Source of the DNA: Vibrio vulnificus CMCP6
GTDB taxonomy: Bacteria > Pseudomonadota > Gammaproteobacteria > Enterobacterales > Vibrionaceae
Assembly (NCBI RefSeq): GCF_000039765.1
Contig: NC_004459.3
Location: 1,170,001 to 1,202,000, forward strand
Reading direction: 5' to 3'
DNA length: 32,000 nt
Shown one piece after another: positions 1 to 14,279 of the stretch. Positions within the stretch are counted from its first letter, which is position 1. Each line of letters opens with the position of its first letter. Both the position numbers and the translations under genes were made by a program. A model generated the notes under the pieces. It was given only the letters and a program-made list of their open reading frames with translations, was not told the origin of the DNA and did no database searches.

Positions 1-45
1 CAAAGTAAGTCAGGAAAGAGATGAAAGAAAGTTTGAAAAAAACGC

Positions 46-73
46 TTGACTCTCGAAAATAGCGTTGTAAGAT
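46..73 (+). promoter_or_regulatory. rRNA operon promoter (P1-like)
   Basis: TTGACT (46-51), 16-nt spacer, TAAGAT (68-73), preceded by an A-rich UP-element-like stretch and located ~205 bp upstream of the 16S gene. Confidence 0.75.
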
Positions 74-118
74 ACGCACCCCTAACGAGGCGGTGGCAAA
101 GCCACTAAGAAAGTTAGA

Positions 119-133
119 AGCTCTTTAACAATT
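119..133 (+). promoter_or_regulatory. rRNA leader antitermination boxA-like site
   Basis: gctctttaacaattt in the leader. The same motif recurs in the 16S-23S spacer at ~2195-2210, as expected for rrn antitermination signals. Confidence 0.65.
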
Positions 134-279
134 TAAACCTATCAATCTGTGTGGGCACTCGTTGATGATAATCCAAAAGATTTATCAATGAACTGAGTGA
201 CCAAAACGATACTAAGTATCGGCACAGTCAATTTATTCAGTATTCATTGAGCCGAAGCGAAAGCTTCAAAAAAACTTTT

Positions 280-1821
<1,542 letters not shown>

Positions 1822-1888
1822 TACGATGATTATTGCGATGAGTGTTCACACAGATTGATATGGTTTAGAAAGTTTAGAGTATCTTAGT

Positions 1889-1964
1889 GTCCCGTTCGTC
1901 TAGAGGCCTAGGACACCGCCCTTTCACGGCGGTAACAGGGGTTCGACTCCCCTACGGGATACCA
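1889..1964 (+). tRNA. tRNA-Glu (TTC)
   Basis: 76-nt cloverleaf sequence gtcccgttcgtctagaggcctaggacaccgccctttcacggcggtaacaggggttcgactcccctacgggatacca, anticodon TTC. Confidence 0.96.
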
Positions 1965-1965
1965 T

Positions 1966-2041
1966 GGGTCGTTAGCTCAGTTGGTAGAGCAGTTGACTTT
2001 TAATCAATTGGTCGCAGGTTCGAATCCTGCACGACCCACCA
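1966..2041 (+). tRNA. tRNA-Lys (TTT)
   Basis: gggtcgttagctcagttggtagagcagttgacttttaatcaattggtcgcaggttcgaatcctgcacgacccacca, anticodon TTT. Confidence 0.96.
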
Positions 2042-2069
2042 TTTCCTTCCACGGGAAAACAAATAATGT

Positions 2070-2145
2070 GGGCGATTAGCTCAGTTGGGAGAGCACCTGC
2101 CTTACAAGCAGGGGGTCACTGGTTCGAACCCGGTATCGCCCACCA
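2070..2145 (+). tRNA. tRNA-Val (TAC)
   Basis: gggcgattagctcagttgggagagcacctgccttacaagcagggggtcactggttcgaacccggtatcgcccacca, anticodon TAC. Confidence 0.96.
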
Positions 2146-2422
2146 TCTTTAAGCATTCTTGCGAGTGTGTTTAAAAATGGTTTCGAAAGAAATCTGCTCT
2201 TTAACAATTTGGAAAGCTGACAAAACAACAATTTATTGTTGTTTGTAAAGTTCTCAATGTTTGTCTTTAGGACAAACACCAACAAACACATTCAAGTGTT
2301 CTTGGGAAGGTCACTTTTAGTGACTATTCGAAATTGAGTCCGGCAAAATCAACGCTATCTCGCTCATTCAAATAATGAGATAGCAACTTTGGTTGTTTAA
2401 CAAAGACCCTTTGGGGTTGTAT

Positions 2423-5311
<2,889 letters not shown>

Positions 5312-5431
5312 CAACACCCAAAGGGTTTTGATGGACTCGATGTAAGAACATTGAATGTGTAGAGAACATAAACAGCTTTCCAGATTTTTTGCTTTCACTT
5401 TTTTAGAAAAAGTGAAGACAAAAACAGAATT

Positions 5432-5551
5432 TGCTTGGCGACCATAGCGTTTTGGACCCACCTGAATCCATTCCGAACTCAGAAGTGAAACGAAATAGCG
5501 TCGATGGTAGTGTGGGGTTTCCCCATGTGAGAGTAGAACATCGCCAGGCTT
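5432..5551 (+). rRNA. rrf: 5S ribosomal RNA
   Basis: tgcttggcgaccatagcg...ccgaactcagaagtgaaacg...gagagtagaacatcgccaggct, ~120 nt, following 23S. Confidence 0.95.
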
Positions 5552-5580
5552 TTAATTTAGACTTTAGGTCTAACCAGTGC

Positions 5581-5657
5581 GGAGCGGTAGTTCAGTTGGT
5601 TAGAATACCGGCCTGTCACGCCGGGGGTCGCGGGTTCGAGTCCCGTCCGCTCCGCCA
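5581..5657 (+). tRNA. tRNA-Asp (GTC)
   Basis: ggagcggtagttcagttggttagaataccggcctgtcacgccgggggtcgcgggttcgagtcccgtccgctccgcca, anticodon GTC, distal in the rrn operon. Confidence 0.96.
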
Positions 5658-5666
5658 CTTATTCCA

Positions 5667-5695
5667 GACCTCAGCAGAAATGCTGAGGTCTTTTT
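5667..5695 (+). terminator. rRNA operon rho-independent terminator
   Basis: gacctcagca-gaaa-tgctgaggtc followed by ttttt. Confidence 0.9.
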
Positions 5696-5707
5696 GTATC
5701 GGTTGTA

Positions 5708-6029
5708 TTATACCAATCTGGAAAATTAACTGGTCAGGTCTATCCATCTTCTCGAGCACATCTGTCTGACTCTGGCCGAACATTCCAAAAAACTATTCCA
5801 AGCCCTACATACTTTGGAGACAATGTCTTCGTAATCCGCAAAAGATTGATTGGCGAGGTAGTGTTGTCTTATACCAATCTGGAAAATTAACTGGTCAGGT
5901 CTATCCAGCTTCTCGAGCACATTTGTCTGACTCTGGCCGAACATTCCAAAAAACTATTCCAAGCCCTACATACTTTGGAGACAATGTCTTCGTAATCCGC
6001 AAAAGATTGATTGGCGAGAGAGTGTTGTC
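5708..6029. repeat. Tandem direct repeat, 2 x 161 bp (5708-5868 and 5869-6029)
   Basis: Both units read ttataccaatctggaaaattaactggtcagg...ttggcgag..agtgttgtc with about 4 substitutions. Each unit encodes (minus strand) the same IS630 transposase C-terminus, LANQSFADYEDIVSKVCRAWNSFLECSARVRQMCS(R)xWIDLTS. Confidence 0.93.
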
Positions 6030-6420
6030 TTAACCAACTCCACACTTGTTCTATTGGGTTTAGCTCTGGTGAATATGGCGGGAGCTTGATGATACTGACA
6101 TTGTCAAATGGCTCAGCAATGTCATTTGTATGCCAACCCGCGCCATCCATAATGACCACTGCGTGACGACCTTTTTCGGTCACCGCGGAGAGCTGCTTCA
6201 GATGCTCAACCATAATGTTCTTGTTAACCCAAGGAACGACCATTGCCTCACCAATACCTCTAGCGGGGCATACTGAGCCAAACAAATACGCATATTCAAA
6301 CTGCTGCTGTTTTACCACTCTTGGTCTTGAGCCACGCTCAGCCCAAAGTCGAGTTGTCGTGTTTTGCTGGCCAAATCTTGCTTCATCTTGAAACCAGACA
6401 TCGACGTTATCAAGCCCCAT
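5887..6420 (-). pseudogene. IS630-family transposase, C-terminal DDE part
   Basis: VDVWFQDEARFGQQNTT, VIMDGAGWHTND and LPPYSPELNPIEQVWSWLR are the characteristic catalytic blocks of IS630/Tc1 transposases. Confidence 0.88.
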
Positions 6421-6445
6421 GTGGCCGGGGATCTTAAGGATCGTT

Positions 6446-6727
6446 TCAATTTTGAATTTTTTTAAAATCGTCTTGGATTTGCTGGGATTGACGAGGGTGC
6501 TTGGAGCGTGAAGTTATCCAAGCAAAGCCCATATGGTTGAGCAAGTAGTAGATCGAATCTGGGTGGTAGTGTTTGCCAAATTCATTAACGATATAAGCAT
6601 GAATATCGTTACCAGTTAATCGACCGCCAGACGAATCCATCGCTCGAGCTTTTATATACTGACTTAATTGCTCTCGCTGCTCCGCGTTAAGAAATGCTGG
6701 GCGACCCGTTCCTGGTTTTTCCCTCAC
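6446..6727 (-). pseudogene. IS630-family transposase, N-terminal/middle part in another frame
   Basis: KPGTGRPAFLNAEQREQLSQYI...YHPDSIYYLLNHMGFAWITSRSKHPRQ resembles the winged-helix segment preceding the DDE domain. It starts at GTG directly in the GRP region, so upstream residues are missing. Confidence 0.8.
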
Positions 6728-6797
6728 TCCTTCTTATCCTTGCTAGATGGCTATTAAATATCGCGGGAGTTTGCCGTCATTCGGGGAGTTCCACATA

Positions 6798-6825
6798 TAA
6801 AAAAGCCCAACGTGTCGTTGGGCTT
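6798..6825 (-). terminator. Rho-independent terminator downstream of pssA
   Basis: Minus strand aagcccaacg-aca-cgttgggctt followed by tttta. Confidence 0.85.
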
Positions 6826-6853
6826 AAGTAGTGTTTTAAATGTGCTGTCAATG

Positions 6854-8191
6854 CTAGAGAATTCTCTTTAGTACGCCATCGGCTTTAATGCGAGTGATCT
6901 TTCGGACTAACTTCTGAACCACTTCCGGATATTCTTCGACTTTCTCAAGTTGTTTGTATGTACAAATTAACTGAGTGTGCTGGAGAATATTGTCGACCTC
7001 AGAATCAAACTGTTCTGTTAGTTGCGCAAAATCATCTCGGATCAACAAACCATTTTCGAGATCCAACGCCCAAGCCCTAGGATTGAGATTGTTTCCTGTC
7101 AGCAGCATGTAGCGTTTATCAACCCAAATGCCTTTAAGATGGAAGCTGTTATCGCCATCTTTCCAGAGTCGAATAGAAAGGTTTCTTGCTGCTATTTGAG
7201 CTTCATAAGCTTTAGCAAACTTGCGTAGGTTCAGCTCATATAAATAGGGTAAACCACCAATCGTCTTGAATTCTTTGTCTGGTGCGATGTAAAAGTCGTT
7301 AGCGGTCTTATCGCCTACAACAATCGTCACCTTTACGCCACGTTTTAACGCACGTTTCACGCCCTTCGCGATATCTTTAGGAAAGTTGAAGTAGGGCGTA
7401 CATATGAATATTTCACTTTGAGCTGCATCAATCAACTTAGCGATGTTTTGATTGAGGAAATTACGCCTCTTTCCTAAGCCAACCATGGGGGTGATGGAAA
7501 ATTGATGTTCGGCAGCCTCTTGAGATTCAAAGCGATACTTAGCGCGAGCTAACGCTGATCGAAATTGACGAATTGCGGTCTTAATTTCTTTGGTTTCGGG
7601 GCGATCTTCTTTTGCCAAATCATTCACGGCAGGGTGCGCTATCATTTCGTTCTGGACGAAATTGAACATGGTGTCTGCAAGAGATTCATTATGAATGACG
7701 TGGTATCGATCAAAGCGATAACGCTCACTGTACTGAAGGTAGACGTTGTTTAGGCTCGCTCCGCTGTAAATCACCGTATCGTCGACAATGAAGCCTTTTA
7801 GATGGAGTACACCAAAGACTTCCCTACCGCGAACTGGAATGCCGTAAACAGGGATTTTGTGTTGATATTTGTTCGCAAACGCTTTGTAAAGCGCAGCATT
7901 ACCTTCAGATTTTTCAGCACCGATCAAGCCACGTTGTGCTCGGTGCCAATCAACGCATACGCTGATATCTAAACCCGGATTGCGTTGCTTAGCTTCGTAT
8001 AGCGCTGTCAGTATTTCTCGCCCGGCCTCATCATCTTCGAGATACAAAGCCACTAGGCAGATACGAGAGGTCGCTTTTGCGATCGCATCTATCAAGCGAG
8101 TCCTGAAGTCTTTCGCTGTATGAAGAACTTCCAGAGCATCAGCATCCACAGCAATGCTGGGCAGCTGTGCAAAAGGATTCCTGCTAGCCAT
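6854..8191 (-). CDS. pssA: CDP-diacylglycerol--serine O-phosphatidyltransferase (phosphatidylserine synthase, PLD superfamily)
   Basis: Two HxK PLD motifs (VLHLKGFIVDD and FHLKGIWVDKRYMLLTGNNLNPRAW) and collinear similarity to E. coli PssA. The ORF extends to 8263, but start MASRNPF.. near 8191 is more likely. Confidence 0.93.
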   Translation of the reverse strand: MASRNPFAQLPSIAVDADALEVLHTAKDFRTRLIDAIAKATSRICLVALYLEDDEAGREILTALYEAKQRNPGLDISVCVDWHRAQRGLIGAEKSEGNAALYKAFANKYQHKIPVYGIPVRGREVFGVLHLKGFIVDDTVIYSGASLNNVYLQYSERYRFDRYHVIHNESLADTMFNFVQNEMIAHPAVNDLAKEDRPETKEIKTAIRQFRSALARAKYRFESQEAAEHQFSITPMVGLGKRRNFLNQNIAKLIDAAQSEIFICTPYFNFPKDIAKGVKRALKRGVKVTIVVGDKTANDFYIAPDKEFKTIGGLPYLYELNLRKFAKAYEAQIAARNLSIRLWKDGDNSFHLKGIWVDKRYMLLTGNNLNPRAWALDLENGLLIRDDFAQLTEQFDSEVDNILQHTQLICTYKQLEKVEEYPEVVQKLVRKITRIKADGVLKRIL

Positions 8192-8283
8192 CATATGGGG
8201 TGTATTACCTTCGTTATGTGCAGTATTGCAAGCTGCCGATTCTACCAAATTTATTAAATCCAATACCAGAAAAGCGCGAATTC

Positions 8284-8721
8284 TTAGCGGATTTGTGCTT
8301 GATATTGCATAGGAACGAGATCTTTGCCACTTTCTGAATAGCGTAGAAACTTTTGTTTCAGTGAGTTAGGCAACTGTTCGGACGAAACCGTCACGAACGA
8401 ATGTTGAGCATAAAAAGGTTCGAGGTGTCGATAAGCAAAGCAAAAGACCTTTTCGTTGAGAAGCTCTTCAGCACAGTACTTGAGCAAGCAATGCGCGATC
8501 CCTTTTTCTCGCTGGCTGGGTATGACCAGCATGCCGGTCATCAGTTGATGTTCTTCAACCCGACGAAAGCGTACAACGCCAATGGTCTGCTTATCTTGAA
8601 TTGCTACGACAATCTGCTCATCTTTTTTTACCTTCGTGCCCGGATAATGGGCCTTATAGAGCTTTTTGATGATAGGAACTTTGATGGGGTCCAGTACTTC
8701 AAAGTGAATTGAATGTGTCAT
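8284..8721 (-). CDS. GNAT-family N-acetyltransferase
   Basis: MLVIPSQREKGIAHCLLKYCAEEL acetyl-CoA-binding-like motif. The ORF is open to 8760; start MTHSIHFEV is assumed. Confidence 0.75.
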   Translation of the reverse strand: MTHSIHFEVLDPIKVPIIKKLYKAHYPGTKVKKDEQIVVAIQDKQTIGVVRFRRVEEHQLMTGMLVIPSQREKGIAHCLLKYCAEELLNEKVFCFAYRHLEPFYAQHSFVTVSSEQLPNSLKQKFLRYSESGKDLVPMQYQAQIR

Positions 8722-8784
8722 GGCACTGTGCCTGCGGGATAAGTGTTGTAGAATGGGCAAAGTTTAAGTTAATACGTTGATGCT

Positions 8785-9828
8785 ATGCAAATTAAGCAAA
8801 ATATCTCTTTAAAGCCGTACCATACTTTCGCCATTGAGCAATGTAGCCATTATCTGGTTGAGGTGGGTAGTGTGGATGAACTCGTCGACATCTACGCCAA
8901 CCCAGATTTCCGTGAGTTGCCAAAGCTCATTCTTGGCAGTGGCAGCAATGTGCTCTTTACCCAGCCTTTTTCTGGTGTCGTGGTGGTGAATCGTCTTTCT
9001 GGCAAAACGTTAAGTGAGGACGAATCGTTTTACTATATCCACGCTGAGGGGGGAGAGGATTGGCCCAACTTGGTGGAGTGGTGTGTTCAACAAGGGATTG
9101 GTGGTTTAGAGAACCTTGCCTTGATTCCTGGTTGTGCAGGCTCGGCACCGATTCAGAATATCGGTGCTTATGGGGTTGAATTTAAGGATGTGTGCCAGTA
9201 CGTGGATATTTTGATGCTGGACGATTTTTCTCAACGTCGCCTCAGTGCTGAAGAGTGTCAATTTGGCTATCGTGACTCAGTATTTAAGCATGCCCTCTAT
9301 AATCAATGCGTAGTGATCGCGGTGGGGTTAAAATTGCCTAAAACGTGGCAAGCGAATAACAGTTACGGCCCGTTGCAGGAAATTGCAGAGCATGAACTTT
9401 CACCAATGAGTATCTTTCACAAAGTTTGTGAAGTTCGTAGAGAGAAATTGCCAGATCCAAAGCAGATCGGCAATGCTGGCAGCTTTTTTAAAAACCCCAT
9501 TATCGATAAAGCCCATTGGCAGCAGCTAAAAGCTCAGTTTCCTAACATCGTTGCGTATCCTGCTGGTGAACAGATGAAAGTAGCCGCTGGATGGTTGATT
9601 GACCAGTGCGATTTTAAAGGGGTGCAAGTTGGTGGTGCTCAAGTGCACCCGAAACAAGCGTTAGTGTTGACTAATGCGCAGTCATGTACCGCGCAAGATA
9701 TCATCCAGTTGGCCAGCCTTATTTGCGATGCGGTGTGGGACAAATATCAGATTGCACTTGAACATGAAGTTCGCTTTATCAGTACTGTCGGTGAGACCTG
9801 TTTAAGTGAGCTAAGAGTAGAGTCATGA
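8785..9828 (+). CDS. murB: UDP-N-acetylenolpyruvoylglucosamine reductase
   Basis: LGSGSNVLF, ENLALIPGCAGSAPIQNIGAYGVE and GNAGSFFKNP motifs of MurB. Confidence 0.96.
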   Translation: MQIKQNISLKPYHTFAIEQCSHYLVEVGSVDELVDIYANPDFRELPKLILGSGSNVLFTQPFSGVVVVNRLSGKTLSEDESFYYIHAEGGEDWPNLVEWCVQQGIGGLENLALIPGCAGSAPIQNIGAYGVEFKDVCQYVDILMLDDFSQRRLSAEECQFGYRDSVFKHALYNQCVVIAVGLKLPKTWQANNSYGPLQEIAEHELSPMSIFHKVCEVRREKLPDPKQIGNAGSFFKNPIIDKAHWQQLKAQFPNIVAYPAGEQMKVAAGWLIDQCDFKGVQVGGAQVHPKQALVLTNAQSCTAQDIIQLASLICDAVWDKYQIALEHEVRFISTVGETCLSELRVES

Positions 9829-10793
9829 GAAAAGAGCACGTTGTTAAACTGCATTTATTAAAACGCCTAGCCGATGGACAGTTTCATTCTGGAGAGACGT
9901 TGGGTCATGAACTTGGTATTTCTCGAGCGGCGATCTCAAAGCACATTAACGCATTGCAGGATTGGGGAGTCGATGTTTATCGAATTCAAGGGCGAGGCTA
10001 TCAACTGGCTCAGCCGATGACGCTGCTTGATGAGCATCAGCTGGTTGAGCAAAGTGCAAATAATGTTGAAGTGATCCCTGTGATTGACTCAACCAATCAG
10101 TATCTACTGGAACGTATTGAAAACCTTCAAACAGGCCATGTTTGTTTGGCTGAGTATCAATCACAAGGGCGAGGCCGACGAGGGCGGCAGTGGTTTTCGC
10201 CTTTTGGCTCCAACCTGTATATGTCGATGTACTGGCGTCTGGACGCTGGGATGGCAGCAGCGATGGGATTGAGTCTTGTTGTGGGGATTGCTGCGGTTGA
10301 AGCGTTGGAAACATTAGGGGTTCAAGGTGTGAAACTGAAGTGGCCTAATGATGTCTACTACCAAGATAAGAAATTGGCCGGAATTTTGGTCGAGATGACT
10401 GGCCAAGCCGGAGGCGCTGCTCACTTGGTGATTGGAATGGGTCTAAACATGCAAATGCAGGCAGATTGTCATTCCATTGATCAACCGTGGACAGCGCTCA
10501 GCCAGATTGAATCTGGAGCAAGGCTAGATCGAACAGAACTGGCTTTGACGTTAATGGCGAAATGGCGTGAAGCCCTTTCTGAGTATGAACAATGTGGTTT
10601 AAACGGCTTCATCGAGCGTTGGAATCGATTGGATAACTTTAAAGGCCGCCAAGTTAAGTTATTGATTGGCCCTAGAGAAATTCATGGTGAAGTTCAAGGC
10701 ATTGACAGTCAAGGTGGCGTTATTCTAAAAACCGTGGAAGGGATTCAAACATTTGTGGGTGGTGAAATCTCTTTGCGAGCTAACGATCAGTAA
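9825..10793 (+). CDS. birA: Bifunctional biotin--[acetyl-CoA-carboxylase] ligase / biotin operon repressor
   Basis: N-terminal HTH (LGHELGISRAAISKHINAL), GRGRRGRQWFSPFGSNLYMS and KWPNDVYYQDKKLAGILVE motifs. Overlaps the murB stop by 4 bp. Confidence 0.96.
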   Translation: MRKEHVVKLHLLKRLADGQFHSGETLGHELGISRAAISKHINALQDWGVDVYRIQGRGYQLAQPMTLLDEHQLVEQSANNVEVIPVIDSTNQYLLERIENLQTGHVCLAEYQSQGRGRRGRQWFSPFGSNLYMSMYWRLDAGMAAAMGLSLVVGIAAVEALETLGVQGVKLKWPNDVYYQDKKLAGILVEMTGQAGGAAHLVIGMGLNMQMQADCHSIDQPWTALSQIESGARLDRTELALTLMAKWREALSEYEQCGLNGFIERWNRLDNFKGRQVKLLIGPREIHGEVQGIDSQGGVILKTVEGIQTFVGGEISLRANDQ

Positions 10794-10824
10794 CGAAATC
10801 GAATGGTATTCTGAGTCAGTGTCT

Positions 10825-11748
10825 CTATTTACGTAGCAGAATCTCTTCAACCAAGTGATTTGGGCCCTTGCGCAGAATCAGCTGAGCTCGCTCTTTGGTT
10901 GGCAAAATGTTTTCCGTTAAATTAATGCCGTTAATGTCTCGCCAAATCTGTTGCGCTTTCTCGATGGCTTGCTGCTCGCTAAGTTGAGTATAGTGACTAA
11001 AGTACGAGCCAGGTTGAGTAAACGCGCCTTTACGGAACTTGAGAAAGCGCTCCACATACCATTGTTCTATCGTATTGCTTTCAGCATCAACGTAAATTGA
11101 GAAATCGAGGAAATCAGAAACAAAAACACGATGAGGATCGTGTGGATAGTCCATGCCACTTTGCAGCACATTCAATCCTTCGATGATCAAAACATCGGGG
11201 CGATCTACTTTCTTTACTTCCTCCGTAATGTCGTAAGTAATATGCGAGTAAACAGGAACCTCAAGCTCCGGTTTACCTGCTTTGACATCAGAGACAAATT
11301 GCACCAGCTTCTTCATATCATAAGATTCTGGAAAGCCTTTCTTATGCATGATACCGCGTTGATCCAGCTCTTTCTTTGGATAGAGAAAACCATCAGTGGT
11401 GACCAGTTCGACTTTTGGATGATTTTCCCAGCGAGAGAGTAGAGCACATAAGACCCGAGCGGTGGTGCTCTTACCTACAGCCACACTGCCTGCGATACCG
11501 ATGACGAAAGGAGGAGCGTGTTCATCATTATTCAAAAACTGATGGAGCACCGAATTGCGGCTCTGCCTTGCCTGCACATAAAGATTCAATAATCGGGAAA
11601 GAGGGAGATACACTTCCACGGCTTCTTGCATGGTGAGATTTTCATTGATCCCTTGCAATGCTTTTAAGTCTTCTTCAGACAACGTCATTGGCACTGAATT
11701 ACGTAATTCAGACCAAGTCGCGCGACTAAATGACAAAAATGGGCTCAT
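10825..11748 (-). CDS. coaA: Pantothenate kinase (type I)
   Basis: [22 protein letters not shown]-loop, [12 protein letters not shown] and [10 protein letters not shown] motifs. The ORF extends to 11790, but [15 protein letters not shown] at 11748 is the likely start. Confidence 0.96.
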   Translation of the reverse strand: MSPFLSFSRATWSELRNSVPMTLSEEDLKALQGINENLTMQEAVEVYLPLSRLLNLYVQARQSRNSVLHQFLNNDEHAPPFVIGIAGSVAVGKSTTARVLCALLSRWENHPKVELVTTDGFLYPKKELDQRGIMHKKGFPESYDMKKLVQFVSDVKAGKPELEVPVYSHITYDITEEVKKVDRPDVLIIEGLNVLQSGMDYPHDPHRVFVSDFLDFSIYVDAESNTIEQWYVERFLKFRKGAFTQPGSYFSHYTQLSEQQAIEKAQQIWRDINGINLTENILPTKERAQLILRKGPNHLVEEILLRK

Positions 11749-11917
11749 ATGAACGCTTCCTTTCCATGTGAATCGTGAAAGAGAATGCAAAATACATCAT
11801 GAGTAACAGAAAGCAAATGACAATAGTGAATCCTCATTGAAAAAAGAGAGAATTGTGTGATTTTGCGTCAGGTGATTCTGTTTTATCAAAAAATCAGATT
11901 TTTTTGTAAAAAAGCTA

Positions 11918-11946
11918 TTGCAAGCAAAGAAATGATTCACTAGAAT
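11918..11946 (+). promoter_or_regulatory. Promoter of the tRNA-tufB operon
   Basis: TTGCAA (11918-11923), 17-nt spacer, TAGAAT (11941-11946), ~14 bp upstream of the first tRNA. Confidence 0.8.
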
Positions 11947-11959
11947 GCGCTCCACTTAT

Positions 11960-12035
<76 letters not shown>

Positions 12036-12082
12036 TTCTCTCCCACTTAATAGTGATTGTAGTGAGAATGGTTGAAAAATTT

Positions 12083-12167
<85 letters not shown>

Positions 12168-12202
12168 TATTCTTTAGGAAATAGCTCTCAGAGTTACGTG
12201 TT

Positions 12203-12277
<75 letters not shown>

Positions 12278-12291
12278 CTCACAATTTGAGT

Positions 12292-12367
<76 letters not shown>

Positions 12368-12468
12368 GCTCTCAAAGTTATTTCCTTTTGATATAAGATT
12401 TACCAATTATCTTTTTTGGTTGCGTGGTCAATTCGGGCCACCTAAATCCGTACCTAGAGGGACAACTC

Positions 12469-13653
12469 ATGTCTAAAGAAAAATTTGAACGTGTAAAACC
12501 GCACGTAAACGTTGGTACTATCGGCCACGTTGACCACGGTAAAACAACTCTAACTGCAGCTATCTGTACTACTCTTGCAAAAGTTTACGGCGGTGCTGCT
12601 CGTGACTTCGCATCAATCGACAACGCTCCAGAAGAGCGTGAGCGTGGTATCACAATCTCTACTTCTCACGTAGAGTACGACACTCCAGCTCGCCACTACG
12701 CACACGTAGACTGTCCTGGACACGCTGACTATGTTAAAAACATGATCACTGGTGCTGCACAGATGGACGGTGGTATCCTAGTTGTTGCTGCGACAGATGG
12801 CCCAATGCCACAAACTCGTGAGCACATCCTACTAGGCCGTCAGGTTGGTATCCCTTACATCATCGTATTCATGAACAAATGTGACATGGTTGATGATGAA
12901 GAGCTTCTAGAGCTAGTAGAAATGGAAGTTCGTGAACTTCTATCTGAGTACGACTTCCCAGGTGATGACCTACCAGTTATCCAAGGTTCTGCACTAGGCG
13001 CACTAAACGGCGAAGAGCAGTGGGAAGCGAAAATCATCGAACTAGCTGAAGCTCTAGATACTTACATCCCAGAGCCAGAGCGTGCAATCGATCTACCATT
13101 CCTAATGCCAATCGAAGACGTATTCTCAATCCAAGGTCGTGGTACAGTAGTAACTGGCCGTATCGAGCGTGGTATTCTGAAAGTTGGTGATGAAGTAGCA
13201 ATCGTAGGTATCAAAGATACTACAACTACTACATGTACTGGTGTTGAGATGTTCCGTAAGCTTCTAGACGAAGGTCGTGCGGGTGAGAACGTTGGTGCCC
13301 TACTACGTGGTACTAAGCGTGATGAAGTAGAACGTGGCCAAGTACTTGCTAAGCCAGGTTCAATCACTCCACACACTAAGTTCGAATCAGAAGTATACGT
13401 ACTTTCTAAAGATGAAGGTGGTCGTCACACTCCATTCTTCAAAGGCTACCGTCCACAGTTCTACTTCCGTACAACTGACGTAACTGGTGATATCTCTCTA
13501 CCAGAAGGCGTAGAAATGGTAATGCCTGGTGACAACATCCAAATGGTTGTTGAGCTAATCTCTCCAATCGCGATGGACGAAGGTCTACGTTTCGCGATCC
13601 GTGAAGGTGGCCGTACTGTTGGTGCTGGTGTTGTTGCTAAAATCTTTGAATAA
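12469..13653 (+). CDS. tufB: Elongation factor Tu
   Basis: [32 protein letters not shown]; [21 protein letters not shown]; full 394-aa EF-Tu. The ORF track start at 12424 is an in-frame upstream extension. Confidence 0.98.
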
Positions 13654-13672
13654 GATTTGACGAACAGCTAGT

Positions 13673-13702
13673 AAAAAGGGCATCATTTGATGCCCTTTTT
13701 CT
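13673..13702 (+). terminator. Terminator after tufB
   Basis: aaaaagggcatca-tt-tgatgccctttttct. Confidence 0.9.
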
Positions 13703-13885
13703 ACGCTCAATATAATTTTTGCTGCTTTATTGTGCAGGGTTATCTTGAGTGAAGAAGAATTGATTGAGAAGTGAAGCTTAATCAGAATAAATACGCTGTC
13801 GCTAACTGTGTGCAGCGATATGGAGTTTGCCCTGCAACAGCGGGGTTATTGTCGTCTATATTAAGACTTGTGACAGGTTGGTTTT

Positions 13886-14266
13886 ATGAAAGCAAATAAT
13901 GCTGAAACTCCTGATAGCTCTAATGCAGCAGATACCTTTAAGTGGGTAACCACTTTTGTACTGCTTGCTGCCGCTGTTGTGGGTAATTACCTGTATGGTG
14001 AACTTTCTGTGGTGATTCGCGCTGCAGGTGTTGTTGTACTTATTGCTGCTGCGCTTGGTGTGGCTGCAACAACAACAAAAGGTAAAGAAGCGATTGTGTT
14101 TGCCAAAGAATCACGTATGGAAGTGCGCAAAGTCGTTTGGCCTACTCGCCAAGAAACTATGCAAACAACGTTGATCGTTTTGGCTGTAAGTATTGTAATG
14201 GCTCTGGTTCTGTGGGGCATTGACGGCATCATGGTTCGTCTAATTGCTTTCGCAACTGGGGTATAG
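13886..14266 (+). CDS. secE: Preprotein translocase subunit SecE
   Basis: Conserved ESRMEVRKVVWPTRQETMQTTLIV motif; 126 aa with three hydrophobic segments; directly upstream of nusG. Confidence 0.96.
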   Translation: MKANNAETPDSSNAADTFKWVTTFVLLAAAVVGNYLYGELSVVIRAAGVVVLIAAALGVAATTTKGKEAIVFAKESRMEVRKVVWPTRQETMQTTLIVLAVSIVMALVLWGIDGIMVRLIAFATGV

Positions 14267-14279
14267 AGGGTTTTAATTC

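Larger units (their letters stand above)
5708..6790 (-). mobile_element. IS630-family insertion sequence remnant (boundaries approximate)
   Basis: Two out-of-phase minus-strand transposase fragments plus duplicated 3' end, between the rrn terminator and the pssA terminator. The right boundary could not be defined because no convincing matching terminal inverted repeat was seen. Confidence 0.7.

Noticed and set aside
2076-2291. Minus-strand 71-aa ORF ending in DGGRYRVRTSDPLLVRQVLSQLS
   Set aside because: Its C-terminal part is antisense to tRNA-Val; a typical antisense-tRNA artefact.
7022-8712. Plus-strand ORFs 7022-7228, 7565-7753 and 8401-8712
   Set aside because: Antisense to pssA and the GNAT gene, no recognisable domains, and the sense-strand genes are convincing.
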